Origin: an uncultured Rivularia sp.
Lineage (GTDB): Bacteria > Cyanobacteriota > Cyanobacteriia > Cyanobacteriales > Nostocaceae
DNA: 64,000 nt
Direction: 5' to 3'
Assembly (NCBI GenBank): GCA_963665115.1
Contig: OY762007.1
Coordinates: 6,688,001-6,752,000 of the forward strand
The position numbers were made by a program, and so were the translations under genes. The notes beneath the pieces were generated by a model. The model was not told where the DNA came from. It made no database searches and saw only the letters and a list, made by a program, of their open reading frames with translations. Shown here one piece after another: positions 31,999 through 42,245 of this stretch (the stretch's first letter is position 1; every line of letters begins with the position of its first letter).

Positions 31999-33552
31999 CT
32001 AAACACCAATCGTTTCTAATTTCTCAGACGACTCCAAACTATTAAAAGGAGAACCCGTATCCTTCTGCTTCAACACCAACAGCGTGATATCATCAAACAC
32101 CTCTTGTAAACCAATATGCGATCGCACATCTTCAATTACGGCATCTTTAATTTCCGTAGCACTCAAGTGACGGTTTTGTTTGATAATTTCGCAAAGCTTT
32201 TCGATTCCGTAGAGGTTTTTATTCATGTCTTCAGCTTCGGTAATTCCGTCGGTGAATAGTACCGCAACATCACCAGCACCTAACTGTATCTTTTGCTCAC
32301 CAACAAAATCGGCAATTTCATCATCTAAACCGATAGGGAAACCTAGATCGGTAGTATCCAGAAGTTCAAGTTCCCCATTACTACGTATTACAATGACTTC
32401 CTCATGTTGCCCACTTAATTTGAGTTCCCCATCGCTATAGTCAATGAGAGACAGAGTAAGATTCTTACCGGAATCCATCCGCTGAATATTTTTGTAAATG
32501 GTGCGGTTTAAAATGTCCATAAACCTTATCGGGTTGGTTTCCTCAACTTCTTGCAGAGTGCGGACAGCAGTTTGCACCATCAACATCAGCATTCCACTTT
32601 CCAAACCATGTCCGGTTACGTCACCAATACCAATTTTTATTTTTCCATCAAGATTGAGAACATCATAATAATCCCCACCAACTTCATCAGCAGGTTCCAT
32701 ATATCCAGCAATATCTAGTCCTTCAACTGACTCCAATTCCGAAGACTTGGGTAGAATCATTCGCTGTAAACGTTTGGTAATATCTAATTCCGACTTTAGG
32801 CGAATATTGTCAGCTTGCAAGCGTTCGTTAAGCTGAAGAATTTCTGCATTCGCTGTTTCCAGTTCCTGGTCGGATATTTGCAAGCGCTTAAAGCTACGAG
32901 ATAAGAGGACAAAAAAGTTTGCTAACGCTAAAGCCATCCCCGCAATCTGAATCAGCTGCAAATATCCAGTTTTTGTTTGAGCTATTTTTTCTTGTTCAAT
33001 AGTTAAATCATTCATTAAGTCCAGAAGCTTTAGATTATTCTCCCTCCCATATGCAACAGCAGCTTCCAAATCTTTGAATTGAATTAATCTGTCTGCGTTA
33101 AAAACGGGCTGAAGCTTTTCTTTGTAGGGATTCCAAATTTCCAGAGCTTCTCGGATAATTTGTCTTCCCTTCTCAGTCTCTACTGCCTTTAAATATACAG
33201 ATTCCCCGTCAGCGCCCTTAACGCTTTTTCCTGTTTGAAACGCCTTTAGAACATCGTCAAACAACTGATAAGACTGACTTAATCTTTCTCGGGAATCTTG
33301 AATAGAATCACCAGCTTCTTGTTGATTTTGAACTTCTAATAGCGATTTTGTCATTTTTTGAGAAAGCGTCCTTTGCCTTCCCGCCAAATTGATACTAACT
33401 GTATCTTTTTTCAGCAAAGTTGAAAAAATAAAGGTAGGAATTAAAACTCCTAAGTTAAAACATAAGAACAATCCTGCGGAAATCAAAATTGGTCGATATT
33501 TATTATCGCTGAATATAGCTCTCCACAAAAGTTTATTACTTGCGTCTTTCAT
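31999..33552 (-). CDS. Membrane PP2C/SpoIIE phosphatase with PilJ/NarX-like periplasmic sensor
   Basis: Two TM helices flanking INLAGRQRTLSQKM; VGGDYYD, GDVTGHG, FTDGITE, DDITL. Confidence 0.88.
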   Translation of the reverse strand: MKDASNKLLWRAIFSDNKYRPILISAGLFLCFNLGVLIPTFIFSTLLKKDTVSINLAGRQRTLSQKMTKSLLEVQNQQEAGDSIQDSRERLSQSYQLFDDVLKAFQTGKSVKGADGESVYLKAVETEKGRQIIREALEIWNPYKEKLQPVFNADRLIQFKDLEAAVAYGRENNLKLLDLMNDLTIEQEKIAQTKTGYLQLIQIAGMALALANFFVLLSRSFKRLQISDQELETANAEILQLNERLQADNIRLKSELDITKRLQRMILPKSSELESVEGLDIAGYMEPADEVGGDYYDVLNLDGKIKIGIGDVTGHGLESGMLMLMVQTAVRTLQEVEETNPIRFMDILNRTIYKNIQRMDSGKNLTLSLIDYSDGELKLSGQHEEVIVIRSNGELELLDTTDLGFPIGLDDEIADFVGEQKIQLGAGDVAVLFTDGITEAEDMNKNLYGIEKLCEIIKQNRHLSATEIKDAVIEDVRSHIGLQEVFDDITLLVLKQKDTGSPFNSLESSEKLETIGV

Positions 33553-33666
33553 ATTTTATATATGCTTATATTGAATGGAAAAAATTGAAATTAGCAGATC
33601 GAATGTCGAAATTTAATTTTACGAACTAAAGAATATTGCCATACAAAATAATTAATGAGCTTTAAA

Positions 33667-33872
33667 TCATTTGTTTATTTTCAGAAAGACTTCTGCCATT
33701 TTCCTAACTCATCGTTTCTAGCAAATATTTGTTCTAAAACTTGAGATTGAAAATAACTATTATCCAATCTTGTTGTTGCTGCTGCTAACTCTTTTACTTG
33801 CTCGATATAGAGTAATAATTCCTGAATTTTATTAAAATACAGATTGTTCAATTCGCTCTTATTGGTTGGCAA
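33667..33872 (-). CDS. Small HAMP-like helical protein; probable 1-base frameshift at ~33700
   Basis: Adding one A to the run at 33699-33702 gives RNDELGKMAEVFLKINK*, matching the HAMP DELGxLAxxF motif. Confidence 0.5.
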
Positions 33873-34005
33873 TTGACTCTATTCTTATTTCTAAATCGGC
33901 TTTTTATTATTTAACTTCCAGTAGCTATGTTTCAAGACTTTTTATTTGTGCCAAAAGCCCCGCATTAGATTAAAATTTCTGGGGATATCACTTTTTTAAA
34001 AATAA

Positions 34006-34374
34006 TTATTGTAAATCTAAAGCTAACCCCGGCATTAATCGCTGTAAATTTTTTAATGATTTACCTTGCCAAGGAATACTATTAGAACCAAGAATTTTCA
34101 TCTGGACTGACTTTTTCTTTCGCATCCCAATCACAAATTTGGATAGCATACTAATTCCCGAACTATTGAGAAATTCTAAACGCTGTAGATCGAGAACCAT
34201 ACTAGGTGGTTCAGTAGAAGCTACGTCATTCAATATTTTCAAAATAGGTGCATAATCTTGCATTCCAGTCAATCTTAGTGCGCCATCAAAATTAATAGCA
34301 CCACTATTTTTGTCATACCAAACGTTATAGTTTTCACCCTTAATTTGCATTCCAATAAAGCTCCTTGTATCCAA
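34006..34374 (-). CDS. Slr1659-like STAS-fold (anti-anti-sigma-like) protein
   Basis: LEFLNSSGISMLSKF phospho-Ser loop; WQGKSLKNLQRLMP. Confidence 0.8.
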   Translation of the reverse strand: MDTRSFIGMQIKGENYNVWYDKNSGAINFDGALRLTGMQDYAPILKILNDVASTEPPSMVLDLQRLEFLNSSGISMLSKFVIGMRKKKSVQMKILGSNSIPWQGKSLKNLQRLMPGLALDLQ

Positions 34375-34409
34375 CCTGTTTGTAGATGAAATATTTGTGT
34401 ATAAATACC

Positions 34410-35045
34410 TTAAACAGCCAACTCAACCATAGTTGTTACTGTCATAACTGGAGAATCTTTCTCGACAATATCAAATTTCCACCCTAGCTTGGCAGAATAA
34501 TCGTTAACTATTGTCAAAAAACCCAAACCAGAACTAGAAGTATTTTCATCTTCTGCATTTTCTTCTAATTTACGAATGAAAAGCTCATCTGGGTCAGAAT
34601 TTAGTAATTCCTTAATAAAGTTCTGAAAATTTTCTGCTTGTGAAGCAAGAATACTATTATCCACAAATAGTCGAATCTTATTATTTTCTATCTGGGTATG
34701 TAATGTAATTGGATATAAAGCAGTTGTGTCAGCATATTTCATTGAATTTTCTAACAATTCATTAGCAATATAGCTCACAGCACTTTTCATTTCAGCTAAC
34801 TTATCTATGCTGTCAGGTTCCGAAGGTTTAATTGGAAAAAATGTAGCTAAATAATTAGCAATATAATCCGCTGATAAACCATTATTACGCCAGCGCTTTT
34901 TTATTGGAATAGCGGATGGCGAAAAGCCTACAGTTAGATGTTCATCTTGTTGCGGTCTTTCCACATAATCACCAAAAACCTGAGCTTTTTCTAGATTATC
35001 TTTGGTGAATAAATTTTCTAGAAAGTTTCCAAATATCTGAATCAC
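34410..35045 (-). CDS. Slr1658/SiaB-like HATPase-fold regulator (putative Ser kinase)
   Basis: ANELLENSMKY N-box; SSGLGFLTI G-box. Confidence 0.8.
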   Translation of the reverse strand: MIQIFGNFLENLFTKDNLEKAQVFGDYVERPQQDEHLTVGFSPSAIPIKKRWRNNGLSADYIANYLATFFPIKPSEPDSIDKLAEMKSAVSYIANELLENSMKYADTTALYPITLHTQIENNKIRLFVDNSILASQAENFQNFIKELLNSDPDELFIRKLEENAEDENTSSSGLGFLTIVNDYSAKLGWKFDIVEKDSPVMTVTTMVELAV

Positions 35046-35575
35046 GGTTATCTTATCCCCAGTGACCTGTTCGTGTATAAAAAATTTATGCTCGTTCGTA
35101 TTTTAATCTGATGCTTTAACAAATTAACTGGTTATATTCCATTAGGGTTTTTATCCAGCAACGTCTGTTTGATTGATACTCTGCTAAATATTGCAACTTA
35201 CAATCATATCCCCTGCTAGTATCTATTAACTATATTGCAACCATATTATACTTTCGGCTTCAGTCAATACACTGAATAGCTATGTTTTATTACACGCAAT
35301 CTAATTTAACGAATCGACTTAGGCATATTAACTAATACTACTGATTTCAGATTAGCTACCTAAATATATTTACGTATTTCTATGTAATAAATTAGCTTAA
35401 TTAGTTTACTTAATCTACTAATTACGCAAAAGCTAAAGAACCCGGTTTTTTGAAAAAACCGGGTTCCTAAATTCTCAAGTTGGCGCAGTCCGAAAGTGGG
35501 ATGTATGTGAGAATGCTATTTCAAAGCAAAAATTCTGCACAGTAATTAGCAACAGAAATCAAGTGGGACGCAATC

Positions 35576-35917
35576 TTAATTACTACCTGTAAAGATGACT
35601 TCAGGAAATTTGCCTTGAGCCTCTGTCATTGGTCGTTTTCTACCTTCTTCTTGCCAATAATTAATAACTTCCGTAGCCTTATTAAGCAACTCAACCCGCT
35701 CCACTTCAGCAATCCAGTGTTTCGACTCTAACTCATTTTTTAACTCTTCCCACGCATCAGTACGGGGCCAGAAAAAGTATTTAGTCAAAGGGCTAAAACC
35801 CTTGCCTACGACCTGATCGACAGCCAAAGCCACGTTATCATCCAACCATAGAATCTTCAAAATAAACTTGGATAATAGCTCTTGAGTTTGATTTTGCTCT
35901 TCCATATATTTCAGCAA
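35576..35917 (-). CDS. ycf65: 30S ribosomal protein PSRP-3/Ycf65
   Basis: [16 protein letters not shown]...SPLT.YFFWPR.DAWEELK. Confidence 0.9.
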   Translation of the reverse strand: MLKYMEEQNQTQELLSKFILKILWLDDNVALAVDQVVGKGFSPLTKYFFWPRTDAWEELKNELESKHWIAEVERVELLNKATEVINYWQEEGRKRPMTEAQGKFPEVIFTGSN

Positions 35918-36206
35918 CCATTAATAACGACAGCAATCGACTATTTTAACTTAATACCTTACCATCTGAGCAATTAGGATGGGGAGATTGGGAGATGAGC
36001 GAGTAGCGAGTAAAGAGTAAAAGTATGCTTTCGGGTGAGATGAACATGGTTTCTCAAGAGTTCTGAAGAGGTATCTAATATGCTTTTAACAGAACGATAT
36101 TTTTTTCTACTTGCTACTTGCTACTCACTACTCACTGATAACTCCCTACTGGTAACTGGTCACTGATTACTGTTAACTGTTAACTGTTAACTGTTAACTG
36201 AAAACC

Positions 36207-37013
36207 GTGACTCAAGAAAATTCAATTCCTGCCATTGTTGTTTTTGATATTGATGGTGTAGTGCGCGATGTGTCGGGTTCCTATCGACGAGCGCTAGCAG
36301 ATACTGTAGAGGAATTTACAGCACAAGCATATCGTCCTACAGCAGACGATATTGATGCTCTTAAGTCCGAAGGTGTGTGGAATAATGATTGGGAAGGTTC
36401 TCAAGAATTAATTTATCGTTACTTTGAAACTCAAAAACAATCCCGCCAACAATTAAATCTTGATTACAATTCGATTGTCGCCTTTTTCCAATCGCGTTAC
36501 CGAGGTACCGATCCTAATAATTTGACTGGATATATTTGCGATGAACCATTATTGTTGCAACCGAGCTACTTAAATCAACTTACTGAAGCTGGAATTCTTT
36601 GGGGATTTTTTAGCGGTGCAACTCGCGCTTCAGCTACCTATGTTTTGCAACAACGTCTCAATTTACAATCTCCCGTATTAATTGCAATGGAAGATGCACC
36701 GGGAAAACCAGATCCTACGGGACTATTTTCTACACTTGAGTTACTTGAAAATGGTGTTGATAATATTAATAATTCACCACCAGTAATTTACGTAGGAGAT
36801 ACAGTTGCTGATATGTACACCGTAGAGAAAGCGCAAAATAATCAACCAAATCGTACTTGGATTGGTGTAGGAGTATTACCACCTCACGTACAGCAAACAG
36901 CGCAAAAATGCGATGCATACAAGCAGTCACTTAAAAAAGCCGGAGCAACGATAGTTTTAAGTAACGTGCAAGAATTAACTCCGAGAAAGATTGAGCAATT
37001 ACTTCAGAGTTAG
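36207..37013 (+). CDS. HAD-superfamily hydrolase (TIGR01548-like)
   Basis: FDIDGV, KPDPTG, YVGDTVAD. Confidence 0.88.
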   Translation: MTQENSIPAIVVFDIDGVVRDVSGSYRRALADTVEEFTAQAYRPTADDIDALKSEGVWNNDWEGSQELIYRYFETQKQSRQQLNLDYNSIVAFFQSRYRGTDPNNLTGYICDEPLLLQPSYLNQLTEAGILWGFFSGATRASATYVLQQRLNLQSPVLIAMEDAPGKPDPTGLFSTLELLENGVDNINNSPPVIYVGDTVADMYTVEKAQNNQPNRTWIGVGVLPPHVQQTAQKCDAYKQSLKKAGATIVLSNVQELTPRKIEQLLQS

Positions 37014-37111
37014 GAGTTGAAAAGAACTTCAGCTTCGGTATCGGAGGAAGAGAATATTGCTTCCCCTGCTCTCTTTCGCCCTTTCCCTTCATCCCCCATC
37101 CCCATCTACCC

Positions 37112-38419
37112 ATGTTAAAAAGAGAACTTGCTGCTCACGAGCAAGCAATGGAAATTTTAAATAATCTTGCGGCTTCGTTTCATATTGTGACAATTAGCCG
37201 CATTAAAGGAATTTTGAACGAAGAATTATTAAGAAAAGCGCTCGATATTACCCAAAGTCGTCATCCTTTACTTAATTCAGCAATTGTTGCAAAGTCAAAT
37301 AGTTTTTGGTTTGAAGAAGGAGCAGATAAAATTCCATTATTAGTTGTGAAAAAGCAGCAAATACAGCAGTGGCAAGAAGTTGTTATCGAAGAATTAAATC
37401 AAAAAATTAATAGTGATAAAAATCTGCTGCGAGTAACACTTGTTAACTTTAAAGAAGAAGAAAATATTTGTTATCTCATCACAACCATACACCATGCAAT
37501 CGCAGACGCTTCATCATGTATCCAATTGCACTCAGAAATATTAACTAATTGTCAAACAATTACAGAAGGGAAAGCGGGAAGCAATGTTACTCAGTTACCT
37601 CAATTACCTTCTATTGACAAATTAATACCAGAATACCTTCAGGGTTTTACTGGAAAAATAGGTAATATTCTTTATCTATTGAACTTGAAACTACAGTTAT
37701 TGCGTTATCAACCTATAACTGTAGGTTTTGAAAAAAGCATACAAATACAATCTCGTAGCTGCGGTATGGTGCATAGAAAGCTCAATTCAGAATTAACTGC
37801 ACGCTTAGTAGATGTTTGTCGGCAAGAAAAAACGACAGTACAAGCTGCTTTGGGTGCTGCAATGTTGTTTGCAGTTGCCAAAAAAACTAATCTTTCTCAA
37901 AGAAAAAATACTTGTTTAAGCTTTCGCTCATCTATCAATTTACGTCCGCGTTTGCAACCACAAATAAATAAAGAGCATCTAGGTTCAATTGTTTCTAGTC
38001 TATTTTCTTTTCATAATTTAAAAGAAAATAATAATTTCTGGGATTTAGCACAAGATATTAAACAAAAACTTGAAAAAGGTTTAGCAACTAGCGATGCATT
38101 CAGATTCCTTTTAGTATCTAAAAAGCTTTTAACATCTTTTTTAAATAATCCTTCTCAATCACCGGGTAGCGCTTATTTAACTAATATTGGTCGCATTACA
38201 ATTCCACACGATTACGGTCAATTTCAATTAGAAGAAATTAGCTTTGTTCCAGGGCAAGCAGCATTTGGAGGTATTTTTACTGCTGCTGTTTCTACTTTTC
38301 GAGGAAGTATGTTATTGAATTTTATGTTTTCTCAACCTTCAATTAGTACCGAAACGGTAGAAACTTTGGCTTCGGATATGATTTGTATGATTTCTGATAT
38401 TTGTAATCCAAAAAAATAA
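37112..38419 (+). CDS. Stand-alone condensation/alcohol-acyltransferase (PapA5/AATase-like) protein
   Basis: RHPLL, HHAIAD (HHxxxD), LTNIGR. Confidence 0.8.
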   Translation: MLKRELAAHEQAMEILNNLAASFHIVTISRIKGILNEELLRKALDITQSRHPLLNSAIVAKSNSFWFEEGADKIPLLVVKKQQIQQWQEVVIEELNQKINSDKNLLRVTLVNFKEEENICYLITTIHHAIADASSCIQLHSEILTNCQTITEGKAGSNVTQLPQLPSIDKLIPEYLQGFTGKIGNILYLLNLKLQLLRYQPITVGFEKSIQIQSRSCGMVHRKLNSELTARLVDVCRQEKTTVQAALGAAMLFAVAKKTNLSQRKNTCLSFRSSINLRPRLQPQINKEHLGSIVSSLFSFHNLKENNNFWDLAQDIKQKLEKGLATSDAFRFLLVSKKLLTSFLNNPSQSPGSAYLTNIGRITIPHDYGQFQLEEISFVPGQAAFGGIFTAAVSTFRGSMLLNFMFSQPSISTETVETLASDMICMISDICNPKK

Positions 38420-38491
38420 ACTCCCCATTCCCTTGCAGAGAAGGGGGCTGGGGGGTTAGGTTTCCGAGATGTTGATATTAATAAACAAAGT

Positions 38492-39739
38492 TTAGCTATT
38501 ACTTTTCCAAATATTACGCCAACCTAACGTATATAGCAAACTTTTCAAAACACCGTAAATTCCTTGAATTTGATATCCTAAAAATGCTCGAATAATCCAT
38601 GTTTTCAAGGAATTCTTAGGATAATAAATCAAGATGAACTTAAGCATTCCCCATATCCCTTGAGTAATGCGAGTAGTATAAACAGCGTCGCCATAACTTT
38701 TGAAAGACTTGGGTTGTACTGGATCTCCTATGTGTAAAAGCGGTACGCTGTTCCAAGGATCGAATTCTGCAAATTTTTGAGAAAAATTCCAAGTTGGACG
38801 AACAAACTTTGTAGCCTGCTCGTTTAACATACAGGCGGTGAAACTAAATATGCTATTGCTGATACCTGCTATATCGCAGTTGCTGAATAAGAAAAAGTCG
38901 ATGTAAAACCCAATCCCTGAGTCTTTCATCCTTTCGGGTAGCTCGATATTCAAATCTTTATAGGTGATAGGCGAAAATTTTTGAAAATCATCAATTACAC
39001 TATCCAAATCATCGCTACACAGAAAAAGAACCGGATTTTCTAATTCATCCCAGATACTTTCAAGCCATTCGCACCACCATTTTGAAGGAACCACAAGAGT
39101 AAACCCAGCCATTGGCACTGAAAAAAAATCACCCCGCCTAATATGAACTCCAACTATTGTTTTACCTTGGGAACGAAGAACTTCTAATCCATCTAATAAC
39201 GCTGACTTTAAATCGTTAACAGGTTGAAACCAGGAGCGAATTTCTTCTTTATATGGTTGTAAATAATGAGTGTGAACCTGAAAAAAACCCCATAAATCAA
39301 CATTCGTCAAATTATTTTCAATTATTTCTTCTCCTGGAATCCGAAAACTGTTTTGATGTGATAGTTTCTCTATGTAAGGAATGAATTCGGGAATATAGTC
39401 AAAAAGATTGGGACCATAATACGATTTTTCAACAGCTAAAGGTAAACGCTTAGAAATTGGTGCATCCTCAAGTCCGAATAAAGTTTGCCCTATCCAAGGA
39501 GAGCATTCCATTTTAGAATTAGTTTTTTTAGCACAGACTTTTAGAAAAGCATATTGTAATAGCTGGTTTCCAAATCTTCCTAAATCACCTAAAGACGACA
39601 TAGTAATAACAGGTTCGTTAGAAACTATAGCGTCATTGGTCGATGATTTTATAATTTTATCAGCATCTTTTTTAAAAGTTTTAAAGACACTAAATCCTCT
39701 ATCCGTCTCGCTTTTACGAGCATATTTATCTTTTGCCAT
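38492..39739 (-). CDS. GT11 alpha-1,2-fucosyltransferase-like protein
   Basis: GRFGNQLLQYA, GVHIRRGDF, SNSIFSF. Confidence 0.8.
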   Translation of the reverse strand: MAKDKYARKSETDRGFSVFKTFKKDADKIIKSSTNDAIVSNEPVITMSSLGDLGRFGNQLLQYAFLKVCAKKTNSKMECSPWIGQTLFGLEDAPISKRLPLAVEKSYYGPNLFDYIPEFIPYIEKLSHQNSFRIPGEEIIENNLTNVDLWGFFQVHTHYLQPYKEEIRSWFQPVNDLKSALLDGLEVLRSQGKTIVGVHIRRGDFFSVPMAGFTLVVPSKWWCEWLESIWDELENPVLFLCSDDLDSVIDDFQKFSPITYKDLNIELPERMKDSGIGFYIDFFLFSNCDIAGISNSIFSFTACMLNEQATKFVRPTWNFSQKFAEFDPWNSVPLLHIGDPVQPKSFKSYGDAVYTTRITQGIWGMLKFILIYYPKNSLKTWIIRAFLGYQIQGIYGVLKSLLYTLGWRNIWKSNS

Positions 39740-39842
39740 TAAGCCCCGAATTATTGAAATAAATACTGTTTACTAATCAGAATTTATTCTTAATTGCAGG
39801 GTCTTAATGTTAGTTCATAACACGAAAAAAAATCTTATGTTG

Positions 39843-41120
39843 CTATCTTTGAACTATCACTGGTTTCCTTGTAGTTACAGCTTTTTCAATAATATCCGCA
39901 GCACGTTTTACACCTCCAGCATTACGAATTGCTGTTTGTAATTTCAAAGCATTTTGTTTGTAAGAATCTTCTGTTAATACCCGCTTAATACTTTCTCGCA
40001 AACTAGAAACATTCAATTTTTTCAAGGTAATAGCTTCTCCCGCACCACTCCAAGCTGTACGTGCTGCAACTCCAGGCTGGTCATTAGTAACGGGTATGGC
40101 TACCATTGGAACTCCATACTTCAAACATTCCATCGTTGTATTCATTCCAGCATGAGTAATCATCAAAGTAGCTTTTTCGAGTAGTTCTAATTGAGGTGCA
40201 TACTCAACAACTAAAGGATTTCCTGGCAAATTTGGTAATGATTCTGGTTTTGCGGAACCCCCTAAAGAAATTACCAACTGAACATCTAATCCCTCACAAG
40301 CTGAGGCTATTTTGTAAAAAACTGGAATTAAACGATTTTGTAAGGTTCCCATCGAAGCGTAAATCAATGGTTTTTCTGTTAACTTTTCATAAGGAAAAGG
40401 AACGGGTGCCCGACTAGCTGAAGAATGGTAGGTTCCGGTGAAATGAAACCACTTAGGTAATTGCTTTCTAGGAAATTCAAATTCAGCAGGTGCTTGACTT
40501 ATTTGAGCTAATTGTGAGTAGGCTTCATTAGGGTGAGAATGTAAAGGTAAGTTCCACTTTTTACGATACTCGTCAATTACGTCTCGAATTGGTTTGGCAA
40601 CTTGATTAACTAAGGTATAACCCATTTGGTTACGTAAACGTGCCCAAAAATTTGGGCTATACTCCCACAAAGTATTAAAAGGAGGAATGCTAGGTTCTCG
40701 GTTCAGTACCACTGCACTACAAACCGTAACGAAAGGAATATCGATAATATCTGCAACAGTCCCTCCCTCAATCGAACCTTGGTTTACCAACAAAGCTTCT
40801 ACACCTGTTTCTTTGAGTAACTCAGGAGCATCACGAAGTTTTACAGCTGCCATATTTTTAAGTAATTCAACTGTATACCTTAATGCAGCTAGTCCGCGCA
40901 TATCCCCCAACTTGGCAAATGATTTTGCTGTCGAACCAGATGGAAAATCTTTCTCTCCTACCGCTAAGAATTCTATCCCTGCTGCTTCCACCTTGGATTG
41001 AGTATCTATTTCTCCGCAAAAAGTCACACGATGACCGCGCTGCTGAAGTTCCTGTCCCAACGGAAGCATAGTATTTAGTGGACCAGTTGAGCCAGGACAA
41101 AGAATACCATAATGAGTCAT
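39843..41120 (-). CDS. GT1 (MGT-family) glycosyltransferase
   Basis: YASMGT, APQLELL...ITHAGMNTT.E...GVPMVAIP..NDQ UDP-sugar signature. Confidence 0.9.
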   Translation of the reverse strand: MTHYGILCPGSTGPLNTMLPLGQELQQRGHRVTFCGEIDTQSKVEAAGIEFLAVGEKDFPSGSTAKSFAKLGDMRGLAALRYTVELLKNMAAVKLRDAPELLKETGVEALLVNQGSIEGGTVADIIDIPFVTVCSAVVLNREPSIPPFNTLWEYSPNFWARLRNQMGYTLVNQVAKPIRDVIDEYRKKWNLPLHSHPNEAYSQLAQISQAPAEFEFPRKQLPKWFHFTGTYHSSASRAPVPFPYEKLTEKPLIYASMGTLQNRLIPVFYKIASACEGLDVQLVISLGGSAKPESLPNLPGNPLVVEYAPQLELLEKATLMITHAGMNTTMECLKYGVPMVAIPVTNDQPGVAARTAWSGAGEAITLKKLNVSSLRESIKRVLTEDSYKQNALKLQTAIRNAGGVKRAADIIEKAVTTRKPVIVQR

Positions 41121-41327
41121 GATAAATGCTTTTTACTCCAACTATTTTGTTATATTCCTAATATTTATTTAGGTGCATTCCTAACTAACTTATGCACAAA
41201 TTACTAACAGAAAATAAATTAGTGGAGTTTTCAATGTATCAATCCAATTTTAAGTATAAAAATATTAAAAGCACATGATGCAAAAGAGCAACAAGTGCAT
41301 TTATTTAAACATTATCAATAAGTAAAA

Positions 41328-42143
41328 TCACTGCAATTTCAAAAACTTATCTAAAGCAGCGACCATACTATCGGGCCAGCGTCGCACGTTTTTCACCCAA
41401 TCAATATCTTTATAACGACGATCTAATCCATAAGCTGCTACCCAATTGCTCTCGGCTTCACCTTTTTCTCCTTTTGCCCAAAGTGCTGCGGTAAGGGATG
41501 CGCGTACATCGGGAAACTGAGGATATTTACGGATAATATTTTTCATCTCTCGTATAGCTTCATCTTTTTGACCAGTCTCATAAAGCGCGAGAGCATAATT
41601 AGCACGAGCAAAAGCGAAATTTGGAGCTTTTTCCGCCGATTTTTGATAGTCTGCTATAGCTTCATACCATTGTCCCAAACCAGCTTTGGCATTTCCCCGA
41701 TTATTGTACGCCATTGCATCCGACGGATCTAATTTTAGAATATAGTCATAATCAGCGATCGCCTCATCCCATCTTCCCAAACCTTCTAAAGCAGCTCCTC
41801 TATTTAAATAAGGATCTGTCACATTAGGAGCAATTTCTATAGATTTGTTAAAATCTGTTAGCGCTTCTTCTAACTTGTTTTGACTAATTCTAGAATTCCC
41901 TCGATTACTCCAAACTGCGGGATTGTCAGGGAATTTCTCAATGATTTTTGTCCAATACTCTTCAGCTTCAGCAAAATCACCTTTATTAGTAGCAGCGAAA
42001 GCTTTATTCCCTAACTCATCTAGCTGTTTTAATTCTTCTTTTGTTGGTTCAGAAGTTTGAGTGGTTAGAGCGAAAACAGGCTCAACCCAGCTAAATAATA
42101 AAAGTAAACTTAGTAATATTCCGATTAGTTTCATCATAATCAA
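41328..42143 (-). CDS. Exported TPR-repeat protein
   Basis: Signal peptide; repeated NRG..A.LG..EA..D TPR units. Confidence 0.88.
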   Translation of the reverse strand: MIMMKLIGILLSLLLLFSWVEPVFALTTQTSEPTKEELKQLDELGNKAFAATNKGDFAEAEEYWTKIIEKFPDNPAVWSNRGNSRISQNKLEEALTDFNKSIEIAPNVTDPYLNRGAALEGLGRWDEAIADYDYILKLDPSDAMAYNNRGNAKAGLGQWYEAIADYQKSAEKAPNFAFARANYALALYETGQKDEAIREMKNIIRKYPQFPDVRASLTAALWAKGEKGEAESNWVAAYGLDRRYKDIDWVKNVRRWPDSMVAALDKFLKLQ

Positions 42144-42245
42144 TGAAATTGATAGTAGTTAGTAGATAGTAATTAGTCGATAGTAGTTTAGAAATTGAAC
42201 AATCAACTACTAACAACCAACCACTAACAACTAACTATTTTGACG

